A DNA stretch of 64,000 bases from Pseudomonadota bacterium (GTDB lineage Bacteria > Pseudomonadota > Gammaproteobacteria > Burkholderiales > Burkholderiaceae_E): NCBI GenBank assembly GCA_963204785.1, contig CAUJHG010000045.1:36185-100184 (forward strand). The letters are read 5' to 3'. Below the pieces are notes generated by a model that was not told where the DNA came from, made no database searches, and saw nothing but the letters and a program-made list of their open reading frames with translations. This document shows, in pieces, positions 28,444 through 38,512 of this stretch. The position numbers were made by a program, and so were the translations under genes. The stretch's first letter is position 1; every line of letters begins with the position of its first letter.

Positions 28444-31265
28444 ACCTGGAGCAGGACCCTTCCCTGCTCGGAGTCGACGTGCTCGCGCAGCGACTCGACT
28501 GCGACCCCGCCCGTGGCCTGAGCGCAGCGGAGGCGGCCCGCCGCCTGGCGCGCGACGGCCCCAATGCGCTGCGCGCGAAGCCGCCGCGACCCGCGTGGCG
28601 CCGTCTGCTCGCGCAGTTCGCCGATCCGCTGGTCGGCCTGCTGCTGGCCGCGGTTGCGGTGTCGCTGGGCGCTTGGGCCTTCGAGGGCGGCGACGGGCTC
28701 CCGGTGGACGCGATCGTGATCACCGCGATCCTCGCGCTCAACGCGCTGCTGGGCTATGCGCAGGAGGCGCGCGCCGAGAGCGCGGTGGCTGCGCTGGCGC
28801 GGATGACCGAGGCGGTCTCGACGGTGCTGCGCGACGGCCAGGTCCAGCAGGTTCCGAGCGCGACGCTGGTCGTCGGCGACGTACTGCTGCTTGCCGAGGG
28901 CGATGCGGTGGGCGCGGACGCGCGGCTCTTCCAGGCCGCTGCGTTGCGGGTACAGGAGGCCTCGCTGACCGGCGAGAGCGAGGCGGTGCTGAAGGATCCT
29001 GCCACCCTGCCTGCCGCGGCGCCCCTGGGCGACCGGCTCGACATGGTCTTCAAGGGCACTGCGGTCGTGCAGGGAAGCGGCCGGGCGCTGGTCACCGCGA
29101 CCGCGATGCGCACCGAGATGGGCGCCATCGCAGGGATGCTCGACACCGCGCACGAGCAGCCCACCCCGCTGCAGATCGAGGTGCGCCGGATCGGCCGGGT
29201 GCTCGCGGTGGCGGTGACGCTGGTCGCGCTCGTCGTGATGGCCAGCGTGGTCCTGTTGCAGGGCGTGCGCACCCCCGCGGACCTGCTCCCGGTGCTGCTG
29301 CTGGGCGTGTCGCTCGCGGTTGCTGCGGTGCCCGAGGGCCTGCCGGCGATCCTCTCGGTGGTGCTCGCGCTGGGCGTGCAGCGGATGGCGAGGTCCAATG
29401 CGATCGTCAAGGACCTCTCCTCCGTCGAGACCCTGGGTTGCGCATCGGTGATCGCATCGGACAAGACCGGCACCCTGACCCGCTCCGAGATGACGATCCG
29501 GCGCGTGGTCAGCGCCTCGGGCAGCGCCGAGGTCACCGGGGTCGGCTACGCGCCGGTCGGGCGCGTCGAGCACGACGGCGTCGCCCTGCCTTCGGGAGCC
29601 CTGCGCGCCGAGCAGACGGTGGTCCTCAGCGGCGGCAGTCTCGCGGGCAATGCCGGACTGCGCCGCAACGAGCTGGGCGACTGGGAGATCCAGGGGGATC
29701 CGACCGAGGCCGCCTTCCTCGTCGCGGAGCGCAAGCTCGGGACCGAGCAGCGGCGGCAGCGACGCTTCGAGCGCGTCGCCGAACTGCCCTTCAGCTCCGA
29801 CCGGAAGATGATGTCGACCATCGAGCGCGACCACGAGCACGACGACACGCTGGTGCTGGTGAGCAAGGGCGCGCCGGACGTGTTGCTGTCGCGCTGCACG
29901 CGGATGCGGGTCGGCAGCGAGGCGCTGCCGCTGGACGGGAGCGGACGCGCGCGCATCCTCGCCACGGTCGACGAACTCACCGACGCGGCGCTGCGCACGC
30001 TCTCGGTCGCTTATCGGCCGCTGGAGCTGCACGAGCGCGTCGAGGACGGCGAGGCGCTCGAGCGCGACCTGATCTTCGCGGGCACCGTCGGCATCATCGA
30101 CCCGCCGCGCGAGGAAGCCGCGGTGGCGGTCGCCGATGCCCGGCGCGCCGGGATCCGCGTGATCATGATCACCGGCGACCACCCCCGCACCGCAGCGCGC
30201 ATCGCGGCAGACCTCGGAATCGCTGCGCCCGCCGACCCGGTGCTCACCGGCGCCGAGCTCGACCGGCTCGACGATGCGGCCTTCCAGGCCGCGGTGCGCC
30301 GCACCAGCGTGTACGCGCGGGTCGCCCCGGCGCACAAGCTGCGCATCGTGCAGACCCTGAAGGCGCAGGGCAACGTGGTCGCGATGACCGGCGACGGAGT
30401 CAACGACGCCCCTGCGCTGAAGGCCGCCGACATCGGCGTCGCGATGGGGGTCTCGGGAACCGAGGTCGCCAAGGAGGCCGCCCGCATGGTGCTGGCCGAC
30501 GACGACTTCGCGACCATCGTCGAGGCGGTGCGCGAAGGCCGGCGGATCTTCGACAACATCGCCAAGTTCCTGCGCTACCTGCTCTCGTCGAACATGGGCG
30601 AGGTGCTCACGGTCTTCCTGGGCGTGGTCTTTGCCGGCGCGCTGGGACTGGCCGGCGCCGACGGCACGGCCGCGCTCCCGCTGCTGGCCACCCAGATCCT
30701 GTGGGTGAACCTGGTCACCGACGCGGGGCCGGCACTGGCGATCGGGATCGAACCGCAAGCCGGGGACGTGATGGACCGCCCGCCGCGGCGCGTCACCCAG
30801 CGGGTGATCGATGCGCGCATGTGGATCGGCGTCGTCGAAGCCGGGCTGGTGATGGCCGCGGCCGCGCTGCTGGCGATCGACCTGCATCTGCCCGGCGGGC
30901 TGATCGAAGGCGACGGCGACCTGCAGACCGCGCGCACCGTGGGCTTCACGGTCCTGGTGCTCGCGCAGCTCTTCAACTGCCTGAACGCGCGCTCGGAGTC
31001 CGTGAGCGCCTTCGCGCCAGGGCTGTTCGCCAACCGCTGGCTGTGGGGAGCGATCGGCGTGTCGGCGCTGCTGCAGGTCGCGGTCGTGCACTTCGGGCCC
31101 CTGCAGACGGCCTTCGGCACCGCCCCGCTGGACCTCGGGCAGTGGCTGGGCTGCATCGCGATCGCCAGCGCCGTGCTCTGGGTGATCGAGCTGCGCAAGC
31201 TGCTGCGCCGCGTGCTGCGCCGAGGCCCTGGCGCGGGGACCGGCGGCCGCGCCAGCCCTGCCTGA
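28440..31265 (+). CDS. Cation-translocating P-type ATPase (type IIA, Ca2+-like)
   Basis: TGES, PEGLP, DKTGTLT, MITGD, TGDGVNDAPAL, NMGE, WVNLVTD; ATGA overlap with the upstream gene. Confidence 0.93.
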   Translation: MNLEQDPSLLGVDVLAQRLDCDPARGLSAAEAARRLARDGPNALRAKPPRPAWRRLLAQFADPLVGLLLAAVAVSLGAWAFEGGDGLPVDAIVITAILALNALLGYAQEARAESAVAALARMTEAVSTVLRDGQVQQVPSATLVVGDVLLLAEGDAVGADARLFQAAALRVQEASLTGESEAVLKDPATLPAAAPLGDRLDMVFKGTAVVQGSGRALVTATAMRTEMGAIAGMLDTAHEQPTPLQIEVRRIGRVLAVAVTLVALVVMASVVLLQGVRTPADLLPVLLLGVSLAVAAVPEGLPAILSVVLALGVQRMARSNAIVKDLSSVETLGCASVIASDKTGTLTRSEMTIRRVVSASGSAEVTGVGYAPVGRVEHDGVALPSGALRAEQTVVLSGGSLAGNAGLRRNELGDWEIQGDPTEAAFLVAERKLGTEQRRQRRFERVAELPFSSDRKMMSTIERDHEHDDTLVLVSKGAPDVLLSRCTRMRVGSEALPLDGSGRARILATVDELTDAALRTLSVAYRPLELHERVEDGEALERDLIFAGTVGIIDPPREEAAVAVADARRAGIRVIMITGDHPRTAARIAADLGIAAPADPVLTGAELDRLDDAAFQAAVRRTSVYARVAPAHKLRIVQTLKAQGNVVAMTGDGVNDAPALKAADIGVAMGVSGTEVAKEAARMVLADDDFATIVEAVREGRRIFDNIAKFLRYLLSSNMGEVLTVFLGVVFAGALGLAGADGTAALPLLATQILWVNLVTDAGPALAIGIEPQAGDVMDRPPRRVTQRVIDARMWIGVVEAGLVMAAAALLAIDLHLPGGLIEGDGDLQTARTVGFTVLVLAQLFNCLNARSESVSAFAPGLFANRWLWGAIGVSALLQVAVVHFGPLQTAFGTAPLDLGQWLGCIAIASAVLWVIELRKLLRRVLRRGPGAGTGGRASPA

Positions 31266-31288
31266 AGGCGCCCGATGCGCGTGCGCGG

Positions 31289-32623
31289 ATGAACGCGGTC
31301 TTCCTGGCGATCGTCCTCGTCGCCTTCGGCACCGCCGCCTGGCGTCAGCTCGGTCATCTGCCGCAGGCGGGCGTGCCGGCGCCGATGGAGGCGCTGTCGG
31401 CCGGGATGATCGCATCGGCCGCCAGCGCGGTGCAGCTCGCGATCGGCCTGGTCGGCGTGATGACGCTCTTCCTCGGGCTGATGAAGGTCGCCGAGGCCGG
31501 CGGAATGCTCACCCTCATCGCCCGCCTGATCCGGCCGCTGATGGTGCGCCTGTTCCCGGAGGTGCCGCCGGACCACCCGGCGATGGGCGCGATGATCCTG
31601 AACCTGTCGGCCAACGCCCTCGGGCTGGGCAACGCGGCCACCCCCTTCGGCATCCGCGCGATGCAGGAGCTCGAGCGGCTGAACCCCCGCCCCGGCACCG
31701 CAACCGACTCGATGGCGCTCTTCCTGGCGATCAACACCTCGGGAATCACCCTGCTGCCCACCGGGGTGATCGCGGTGCGCGCCGCCGTCGGCTCGGCCGA
31801 CCCCGCCGCCATCCTGCCCACCACGCTGTTCGCGACCGCCTGCGGCACGGTCGCGGCGATCGTCGCTGCCTTCGCGCTGCGCAGGTTCTTTCCCGCGGGT
31901 CCGGCGACCGCTGTCGGGTCGGCGCCCACCAGAGACGCAGCCGACGCCAGCGCCATCCCTGGGCCGCCCTCGGACGACTCCTCGATCCCGCTGCCCGCCG
32001 CCGGCGACGACGGCCATCCGCTGTGGGTCTCGCTGCTGGCGCTTGCCGCGCTCGCCGCAGCGATCCCGGTCACGATCCTCTGGGGACGCGCGCTCTCGCC
32101 GTGGATCGTCCCCGGGTTGATGGTCGGCTTCCTGCTGTTCGGCGCGCTGCGCGGCGTGCGGGTCTACGAGGCCTTCGTCGAGGGCGCGAAGGACGGCTTC
32201 GAGGTGGCGCTGCGCATCATCCCCTACCTGGTCGCGATCCTGGTGGCCGTGGGCATGCTGCGCGCCAGCGGCGCGCTCGACGCCATCACCGGCGCCATCG
32301 GCGGGCTCACCGGACGCTTCGGCCTGCCCGCCGAGGCGCTGCCGATGGCGCTGCTGCGCCCGCTCTCGGGCTCCGGCGCCTACGCGGTCATGGTCTCGAT
32401 CATCGAGAACCCCGCCACCGGCCCGGACACCTACGTCGGCGTCCTGGTCAGCACGCTGCAGGGCTCGTCGGAGACCACTTTCTACGTGCTCGCGGTCTAC
32501 TTCGGCGCGGTGCAGGTGCGGCGGGTGCGGCACACGGTCGCGGCGGCGCTGATCGCCGACGCGGTCGCGGTCGTGGCCTCGGTCGGGGTCTGCAGTGCGC
32601 TCTTCACCGGGGGCCAGGGGTGA
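31289..32623 (+). CDS. Fused SpmA-SpmB (spore maturation / nucleoside-recognition Gate domain) membrane protein
   Basis: [21 protein letters not shown] (SpmA-like), then [31 protein letters not shown] (SpmB-like). Confidence 0.87.
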   Translation: MNAVFLAIVLVAFGTAAWRQLGHLPQAGVPAPMEALSAGMIASAASAVQLAIGLVGVMTLFLGLMKVAEAGGMLTLIARLIRPLMVRLFPEVPPDHPAMGAMILNLSANALGLGNAATPFGIRAMQELERLNPRPGTATDSMALFLAINTSGITLLPTGVIAVRAAVGSADPAAILPTTLFATACGTVAAIVAAFALRRFFPAGPATAVGSAPTRDAADASAIPGPPSDDSSIPLPAAGDDGHPLWVSLLALAALAAAIPVTILWGRALSPWIVPGLMVGFLLFGALRGVRVYEAFVEGAKDGFEVALRIIPYLVAILVAVGMLRASGALDAITGAIGGLTGRFGLPAEALPMALLRPLSGSGAYAVMVSIIENPATGPDTYVGVLVSTLQGSSETTFYVLAVYFGAVQVRRVRHTVAAALIADAVAVVASVGVCSALFTGGQG

Positions 32624-33660
32624 GCCGCGCCGCACGCCCGGACTCCGGGCCGCAGGTCCCGCCCTCCGAGCGCGTGCAGGTCCTGCCGCCCCCGGCAGCG
32701 CTCGCCGACGAGGTCGTCTGCTGCATCCTCCGGGAGATCGATCCCGATGGCTTCGAGGAGGTCGATCCTGCAGCGCCGGCCAGCGCTGCGGCCGGGGCCG
32801 CCGTGCCCCCGGATGCCAGTCCCGTGGCCGGTGTCGTGCCCGCGAACGTCTACGCCTGCCTGAACCTCGTGCTCTCAGGGTGGGTCCGGGTCGAGGCTAC
32901 GCACGGATTCCAGCTGCCGACGGCCTTCGTCACGGGTCCGTTCCGCGCACCGCTGCGGACCGCGGCGAGCATTCGGCTGCGCTCCGTGAGCCTGGTCCTC
33001 CAGCCCTGGCTTCTCGCCGACTGGTTCGGCCTCGTGCCGGCCCGCATGGTCGACGTGGTGCGCGCACTGCAGCGCCCGTCGGGCGTCGCCGACGCGACGC
33101 GACCCGCAGGATCCGGGCAAGGCCCTTGCGCCGATTGCGGGCCATGCGACAGGATGCGCACCGCGTGGGCGATGGAGCTCTGCGACCGGCTCGCCACGGG
33201 CGCCTCGAGCGCAGTGGCCCTCTCCGCCGCGCTCGGCGAGATCGCCGCGGCAGGCACCAGGCCCACGCGCCGCACGCGCCCGCGACTCGACCGACTGCTT
33301 CGCGAACACGGCAGCGTCCGGCATGCCGCCCGCGTCGCCGACCTCAGCGAGCGCCAGTTCGAGCGCAGGTTCGCGCTCGATCACGGTCTCGCGCCGAAGC
33401 GCTGGCTGCGGATCACGCGCTTCGAGCAAGGCCTCGTGCGGATGGCCGCCGGGCCACGGGCGCAAGCCGCCTCCCTCGCTGCGCTGGCAGCGGAGACCGG
33501 TTACGCGGACCAGGGACACATGACGAGGGAGTTCCGCGAGTTCGCCGACCACACCCCGGGCAGGCTGCGCGCCGCGCTCGCCAGCGAGGCACCGGGCTAC
33601 TGGGCATTTGGCCCCGTGCGTGTCGGATTCGTTCAAGACCGCGGGCGTGGCGATGGCTAG
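32620..33660 (+). CDS. AraC family transcriptional regulator
   Basis: C-terminal double HTH: [10 protein letters not shown]...[33 protein letters not shown]; GTGA overlap. Confidence 0.82.
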   Translation: MSRAARPDSGPQVPPSERVQVLPPPAALADEVVCCILREIDPDGFEEVDPAAPASAAAGAAVPPDASPVAGVVPANVYACLNLVLSGWVRVEATHGFQLPTAFVTGPFRAPLRTAASIRLRSVSLVLQPWLLADWFGLVPARMVDVVRALQRPSGVADATRPAGSGQGPCADCGPCDRMRTAWAMELCDRLATGASSAVALSAALGEIAAAGTRPTRRTRPRLDRLLREHGSVRHAARVADLSERQFERRFALDHGLAPKRWLRITRFEQGLVRMAAGPRAQAASLAALAAETGYADQGHMTREFREFADHTPGRLRAALASEAPGYWAFGPVRVGFVQDRGRGDG

Positions 33661-33671
33661 AGTGGCTCCCC

Positions 33672-34262
33672 ATGAAGGCACTCCACGACGACCTCGGCGC
33701 CGCCGCCACAGCCCTGGGCCAGCACGGCCACCTGCTCACCACCGTCGATGAACTCGTCGACGCGGCCCGCAGCGGGAGCCTCTGGTACCTCACCTTCGGC
33801 CTTGCCTGCTGCGCGGTCGAGATGATGCACGCCGCAGCCTCGCGCTACGACTTCGACCGGTTCGGGATGATGCCGAGGCCGAGTCCGCGACAGGCCGACC
33901 TGATGATCGTCGCTGGCACGGTCACGAACAAGATGGCGCCAGCGCTGCGCAGAATCTACGACCAGATGGCGGAACCGCGCTACGTGATCTCGATGGGATC
34001 CTGCGCCAACGGCGGCGGCTACTACCATTATGCGTACTCGGTGCTGCGCGGGGTCGACCGCATCGTGCCGGTGGACGTTTACGTCCCCGGATGCCCGCCG
34101 ACTGCGGAGGCGCTGCTGTACGGCGCGATGCAGCTGCAGCGCAAGATCCGCGAAAGGAGAACGCCCTATCGCGCGAGCGACGACCTGCTTGCCCGCGGTC
34201 CCCGCGCCGCGGGGGGCTGGCTTCGCCGACTGCTGGCCGGCGGACGAGGCCGGGGCGACTGA
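33672..34262 (+). CDS. nuoB: Stand-alone NADH-quinone oxidoreductase subunit B paralog (Fe-S N2 subunit)
   Basis: [48 protein letters not shown]. Confidence 0.9.
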   Translation: MKALHDDLGAAATALGQHGHLLTTVDELVDAARSGSLWYLTFGLACCAVEMMHAAASRYDFDRFGMMPRPSPRQADLMIVAGTVTNKMAPALRRIYDQMAEPRYVISMGSCANGGGYYHYAYSVLRGVDRIVPVDVYVPGCPPTAEALLYGAMQLQRKIRERRTPYRASDDLLARGPRAAGGWLRRLLAGGRGRGD

Positions 34263-34296
34263 AGCGCCGCCCGGCACATCCGCGCCGTCCACGCGC

Positions 34297-35280
34297 TCAC
34301 TGCGTCTTCAGGTTCAGCCTGGAGATCAGCTCGCCCCAGCTGCGGCTCTGCTGCCGGGCCAGCTCGAGCAGTTCCGCCGGCGTGCTCGCGCGCGCCTCGT
34401 TGCCGTGCTTGCGCATGAACTCGACGAAGCCCTGGGAGCCGACGATCTTGCGCAGCGAGCCATTAAGCCGCTCGATCACCGGCCGCGGCGTTCCCGCCGG
34501 GGCGAACACCGCGTACCAGGTCTCGCCGACGATCGACGGGTAGCCGAGCTCGCGGAAGGTCGGGACCTCCGGAAGCAGCGGCAGGCGCTCGGCGCTCAGG
34601 ACCGCCAGCGCGCGATAGCGGCCGGCGCTCAGGTTGGGCACCGCGCTGGTCAGCGCCTCGACGTTGGAATCGACGAAGCCGCCGATCATGTCCGCGGTGG
34701 CCGGCGCCGCGCCCTTGTAGTGCACCTGGTTCAGCTGGACGCCCAGCCCCTGCCCGATCAGCTCGCCCAGCAGGTGGACCATGCTGCCCTGCCCGTTGGT
34801 CGCGTTGTTCACCTTGCCCGGGTTGGCCTTCGCGTAGGCGACGAACTCGCGCAGATCCCTCGCCGGGAGGTCCTTCTTCACCACGAAGGCGAAGGGCACG
34901 GTGCCCACCAGCGACACGGCATCGAAGTCCTCGAGCCTGTAGCCGGGCTTGTCGCTCATGTGCGGGTTGGTCGTGAAGGTGGTGCCCGCCGACAGGAGCA
35001 GCGTGTAGCCGTCCTTCGCGGCGCGGGCGACGTGCGCTGCGCCGATCGCGGTCGCAGCCCCGGCCTTGTTCTCCACCACCACGGTCGCTCCAAGGTCCTC
35101 GCGCATGCGCTCCGCCAGGTAGCGGCCGATCACGTCGCTCGTCCCTCCCGGGGGATAGGGCACCACCAGCGAGATGGGACGCGTCGGCCACGGTTCGGCG
35201 GTCTGGGCGGACGCTGGCTGTGGCGCAAGCCAGCTCGCTGCGAGCGCGAGGCCCAGCGCGAGGATTCCTCTGCGGTTCAT
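34297..35280 (-). CDS. Bug/TctC family periplasmic substrate-binding protein
   Basis: WPTRPISLVVPYPPGG, VENKAGA, HYKGAAPA; signal peptide. Confidence 0.92.
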   Translation of the reverse strand: MNRRGILALGLALAASWLAPQPASAQTAEPWPTRPISLVVPYPPGGTSDVIGRYLAERMREDLGATVVVENKAGAATAIGAAHVARAAKDGYTLLLSAGTTFTTNPHMSDKPGYRLEDFDAVSLVGTVPFAFVVKKDLPARDLREFVAYAKANPGKVNNATNGQGSMVHLLGELIGQGLGVQLNQVHYKGAAPATADMIGGFVDSNVEALTSAVPNLSAGRYRALAVLSAERLPLLPEVPTFRELGYPSIVGETWYAVFAPAGTPRPVIERLNGSLRKIVGSQGFVEFMRKHGNEARASTPAELLELARQQSRSWGELISRLNLKTQ

Positions 35281-35312
35281 TCGTTTCTCTCTTTCGTTGC
35301 GGCTTCGATGCG

Positions 35313-35349
35313 AAAAACAAGGGCCGCCGAGCCTGTGGCCGGCGGCCCT
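35313..35349 (-). terminator. Intrinsic terminator-like hairpin
   Basis: 10-bp arms AGGGCCGCCG/CGGCGGCCCT followed on the minus strand by TGTTTTT. Confidence 0.6.
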
Positions 35350-35427
35350 GCACAGGGGCCGGGATCCGCGCGATTCGCGCGCCGTCCAGGCCCTCGGCAC
35401 CCCCCCCCGCAGCCGGGGCGATGCGCG

Positions 35428-36210
35428 TCAGCGCGGCGCCATGCGGATCGCGCCGTCCAGGCGCACGCTCTCGCCGTTGAAGTAGCCGGTGGTGATCATC
35501 AGCTCGGCCAGCGCGGCGAACTCGTCCGGATCGCCCAGGCGCTTGGGGAACGGCACCGACGCGGCAAGCGCGGCCTTGACGTTCTCCGGCGCGCGCGCCA
35601 GCAGCGGCGTGTCGAAGATGCCTGGCAGGATCGTGTTGCAGCGGATGCCGTCGCCCATCAGGTCGCGCGCGATCGGCAGGGACATGCCGACGACGCCGGC
35701 CTACGACGCCGAGTAGGCGGCCTGGCCGATCTGGCCGTCCTGGGCCGCGACCGACGCGGTGTTGACGATCGCGCCACGCTCACCGTCCTCGAGCTTGTCG
35801 AGCGAGAGCATGCCGGCGGCGGACTTCGCGATGCAGCGGAAAGTGCCCACCAGGTTGATCTGGATGATCCGGTCGAAGGCGTCGGTCGGGAAGGCCTTGA
35901 TCTCGCCGCTCTGCTTGTCGCGGCTCGCGGTCTTGACGGCCAGGCCCGTGCCTGCGCAGTTCACCAGGATGCGCTCCTGGCCGATCGCGGCGCGGGCCTT
36001 GGCGAAAGCCGCGTCGACCTGGGCCTCGTTGGTGACGTCGACCTTGCAGAAGACGCCGCCGAGCTCCTTGGCCACCGCCTCGCCGGCCTGCTCGTTGAAG
36101 TCGAAGATCGCGACCTTCACCCCCTTGGCCGCCAGGCGGCGCGCGGTGGCCAGGCCCAGCCCGGAGGCGCCGCCGGTGATGACGGCGGAAACGCTGGAAT
36201 TCAGTTTCAT
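35428..36210 (-). pseudogene. 3-hydroxyacyl-CoA dehydrogenase (HSD17B10-like SDR) interrupted by an in-frame TAG
   Basis: TGGASGLG...[28 protein letters not shown]...[11 protein letters not shown]; both halves in one frame, stop at 35701-35703. Confidence 0.85.
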
Positions 36211-36339
36211 GGGAACACTCCTCTAGAAAAACGGTACCGGCGTGCCGAAGCCTCCGGTCGGGGGGCCGAGGCAGGACGCCGAAGGATAATGCGGTGGATG
36301 CCGGGTGCTGCCGCGATCGTGGGCAGCGCCGGTCCGGAA

Positions 36340-37113
36340 TCAGCGATCGGCGCCAGTGCCCTGCTCCTCCACCTTGCGGCTGGCCAGCTTGCGCAGCACC
36401 CGCTCGAAGACCTCGGCCGGCTGCCCGCCCGGGATCAGCCCCTGCCGGTCGATGATGAACGCAGGCACCGAGTGGATGTCCTGGGCGCGGTGGAAGGCCT
36501 CGCGCTCGCGCACCTCGTCGGCGAAGACGTCGCTGGCCAGGATCTCGCGCGCGCGGGCCTCGTCCAGGCCGGCCTCGGCGACCGCGCGCAGCAGCACTTC
36601 GTGCGACTCGGGGCTCTCGTCGCGGGTGAAGTAGGCGCGAAAGAGCGCCTTCTTCAGCAGCCGCTGCTGGCCCGGCGAGCCGTCGGCGCCCTCGGGGCGG
36701 CCCTCCTCGGCGGCCCAGTGCAGCAGGCGGTGCGCGTCGAAGGTGTTCCAGATTCGGCTGCGCCCGTGCTGGCCGAACTCGAAGCCGACCTCCAGCCCGC
36801 GCTGCCGGATCTGCTCCCGCAAGCCAGCCTGCGCCTGGGGGCTCGAGCCGTACTTCTGCGTGAGGTGCTCGGTGATGTCCTGGCCTCCGGGATCCATCCC
36901 CGGATTCAGCTCGAAGGGCTCGAAGTGGACTGACGCAGTGATCTCGCCCTTCAGCCTGTCCAGCGCGCGTTCGAGCGACGCCAGTCCGATCGCGCACCAT
37001 GGACAGGAAATGTCCGAGACCATGTCGATGCGGAAGTGGACCGTCGACCTCGCGTCCGCGATCTTCGTTCCATGGCTGCCGGTGCCCAACGCGCCGTCTC
37101 CGTGCAGGTTCAC
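36340..37113 (-). CDS. DsbA/FrnE family oxidoreductase
   Basis: SDISCPWC, PFELNP, NTFDAHRLL, SVPAFII; putative GTG start overlapping the upstream stop. Confidence 0.85.
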   Translation of the reverse strand: MNLHGDGALGTGSHGTKIADARSTVHFRIDMVSDISCPWCAIGLASLERALDRLKGEITASVHFEPFELNPGMDPGGQDITEHLTQKYGSSPQAQAGLREQIRQRGLEVGFEFGQHGRSRIWNTFDAHRLLHWAAEEGRPEGADGSPGQQRLLKKALFRAYFTRDESPESHEVLLRAVAEAGLDEARAREILASDVFADEVREREAFHRAQDIHSVPAFIIDRQGLIPGGQPAEVFERVLRKLASRKVEEQGTGADR

Positions 37114-38318
37114 AGGATGCCCTTGGCGCGCAGTTCCGCCAGGCGTTGCTGCGGCAGGCCGAGCACCTCCTGCAGCACCGATTCGGTGTCCTGGCCGAGT
37201 TGCGGCGGCGGACGGCGGATCGGGGCGCGCTCGCCGTCGAAGCGATACGGAGGCGCGAGCACATGGGTGCTGCCGGCCAGTGGATGCGGCTGCTCGGTGA
37301 CCAGCCCGCCCTCGATCGCCCGGGTGGACTTCAGCGCCTCGAGCAGCCCGAACACCTCGCCGCAGGGAATGCCGGCGGCCGACAGGCGCCCGAGCAGGTC
37401 CTTGCGCTTGCGGCGTCCGATCTCGGCCTCGATCTGGGGCACCAGCGCGTCGCGGTTCTTGCCGCGGCCCAGGTTGGTCTGGAAGCGCTCGTCGTCGGCG
37501 ATGTCCGGGCGATCGATCACGTTGCGGCAGAAGCGGTCGAACTGCGCGTTGTTGCCCACCGCCACCACCAGTGGGCCGTCGGCGGCGTCGAACACGCCGT
37601 AGGGGATGATCGACGGGTGCGCGTTGCCGTACTTCGGCGGATCGGAGTTGATCAGCAGCGCCTCGAGCCCGTAGTAGGCGGTGATCATCAGCCCGCAGTC
37701 GAACAGCGCCATCTCGATGTGACGCCCGGGGCCGCCGCGCTGGCGATCGTAGAGCGCTGCGAGGATCGCCTGCGCCGAGTACATGCCGGTGAACATGTCG
37801 ACCGCGGCCACGCCGAACTTCAGCGGCGGCTGCCCGGGTTCGCCGTTCATCGCCATCAGCCCCGCCTCGCCCTGCACCACCAGGTCGTAGCCGGGCCGGG
37901 CCGCCTCGGGGCCGGTGCGGTCGTAGCCTGAGATCGAGCAGTAGATGAGGTTCGGGTTGATCTCGCGAAGCTGTTCGTAGCCCACGTTGAACTTCTCGGC
38001 GCCGCCGAACTTGAAGTTCTGGATGACCACGTCGCTCTTGGCCGCCAGATCTCGGGCGATCTGCTGGCCTTCCGGGGTGCCGAGATCCAGGCAGATCGAG
38101 CGCTTGTTGCGGTTGGCGCTGTTGAAGTAGGCGGTTTCGGTCTTGCCCACCCGGATGCCCCAGTCGCGCGTGTCGTCGCCACGGCCGGGATGCTCTACCT
38201 TGATCACCTCGGCGCCGAGATCGCCGAGCACCATCGCGCACATCGGCCCCGCGAGCACGCGGGAGAGGTCGAGCACGCGCACGCCGGAGATCGGCAGACC
38301 GGATTTCTCGTTGGACAT
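37110..38318 (-). CDS. CaiB/BaiF family III CoA transferase
   Basis: RVLDLSRVLAGP, GAEVIKVE, NRNKRS, PGYDLVVQ, PQLGQDT. Confidence 0.93.
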   Translation of the reverse strand: MSNEKSGLPISGVRVLDLSRVLAGPMCAMVLGDLGAEVIKVEHPGRGDDTRDWGIRVGKTETAYFNSANRNKRSICLDLGTPEGQQIARDLAAKSDVVIQNFKFGGAEKFNVGYEQLREINPNLIYCSISGYDRTGPEAARPGYDLVVQGEAGLMAMNGEPGQPPLKFGVAAVDMFTGMYSAQAILAALYDRQRGGPGRHIEMALFDCGLMITAYYGLEALLINSDPPKYGNAHPSIIPYGVFDAADGPLVVAVGNNAQFDRFCRNVIDRPDIADDERFQTNLGRGKNRDALVPQIEAEIGRRKRKDLLGRLSAAGIPCGEVFGLLEALKSTRAIEGGLVTEQPHPLAGSTHVLAPPYRFDGERAPIRRPPPQLGQDTESVLQEVLGLPQQRLAELRAKGIL

Positions 38319-38439
38319 CTTCACTCCATGAGGGCGGGGAATCGGCATCGAGGCGGGAACATCGCCGTGGGGGTGGTCCGGTCGGCCAGGCTGTGCAGTC
38401 TGTCCGACCGGGTGCCGGGGAACGGGAATTATAGGAGCA

Positions 38440-38469
38440 GCCGGGGCGTCTCGGTGAGACGGCCCCGGC
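38440..38469. terminator. GC-rich hairpin downstream of the SBP gene
   Basis: GCCGGGGCGTCTC-GGT-GAGACGGCCCCGGC (one bulge); no clear U tract. Confidence 0.35.
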
Positions 38470-38512
38470 AGGCGCCACGAACTGCTGCGGCGCCTGGCCG
38501 CACCTGGCCGGC

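Noticed and set aside
35400-35408. Poly-C9 tract as a phase-variation switch
   Set aside because: Intergenic, downstream of a stop codon and not clearly within a promoter; such runs are unremarkable at this GC content.
35428-36210. Pyrrolysine or programmed recoding at the SDR amber codon
   Set aside because: No pyl genes or other in-frame TAG cases in the window; Pyl is not expected in this lineage, and a one-base AAG to TAG change explains the stop.
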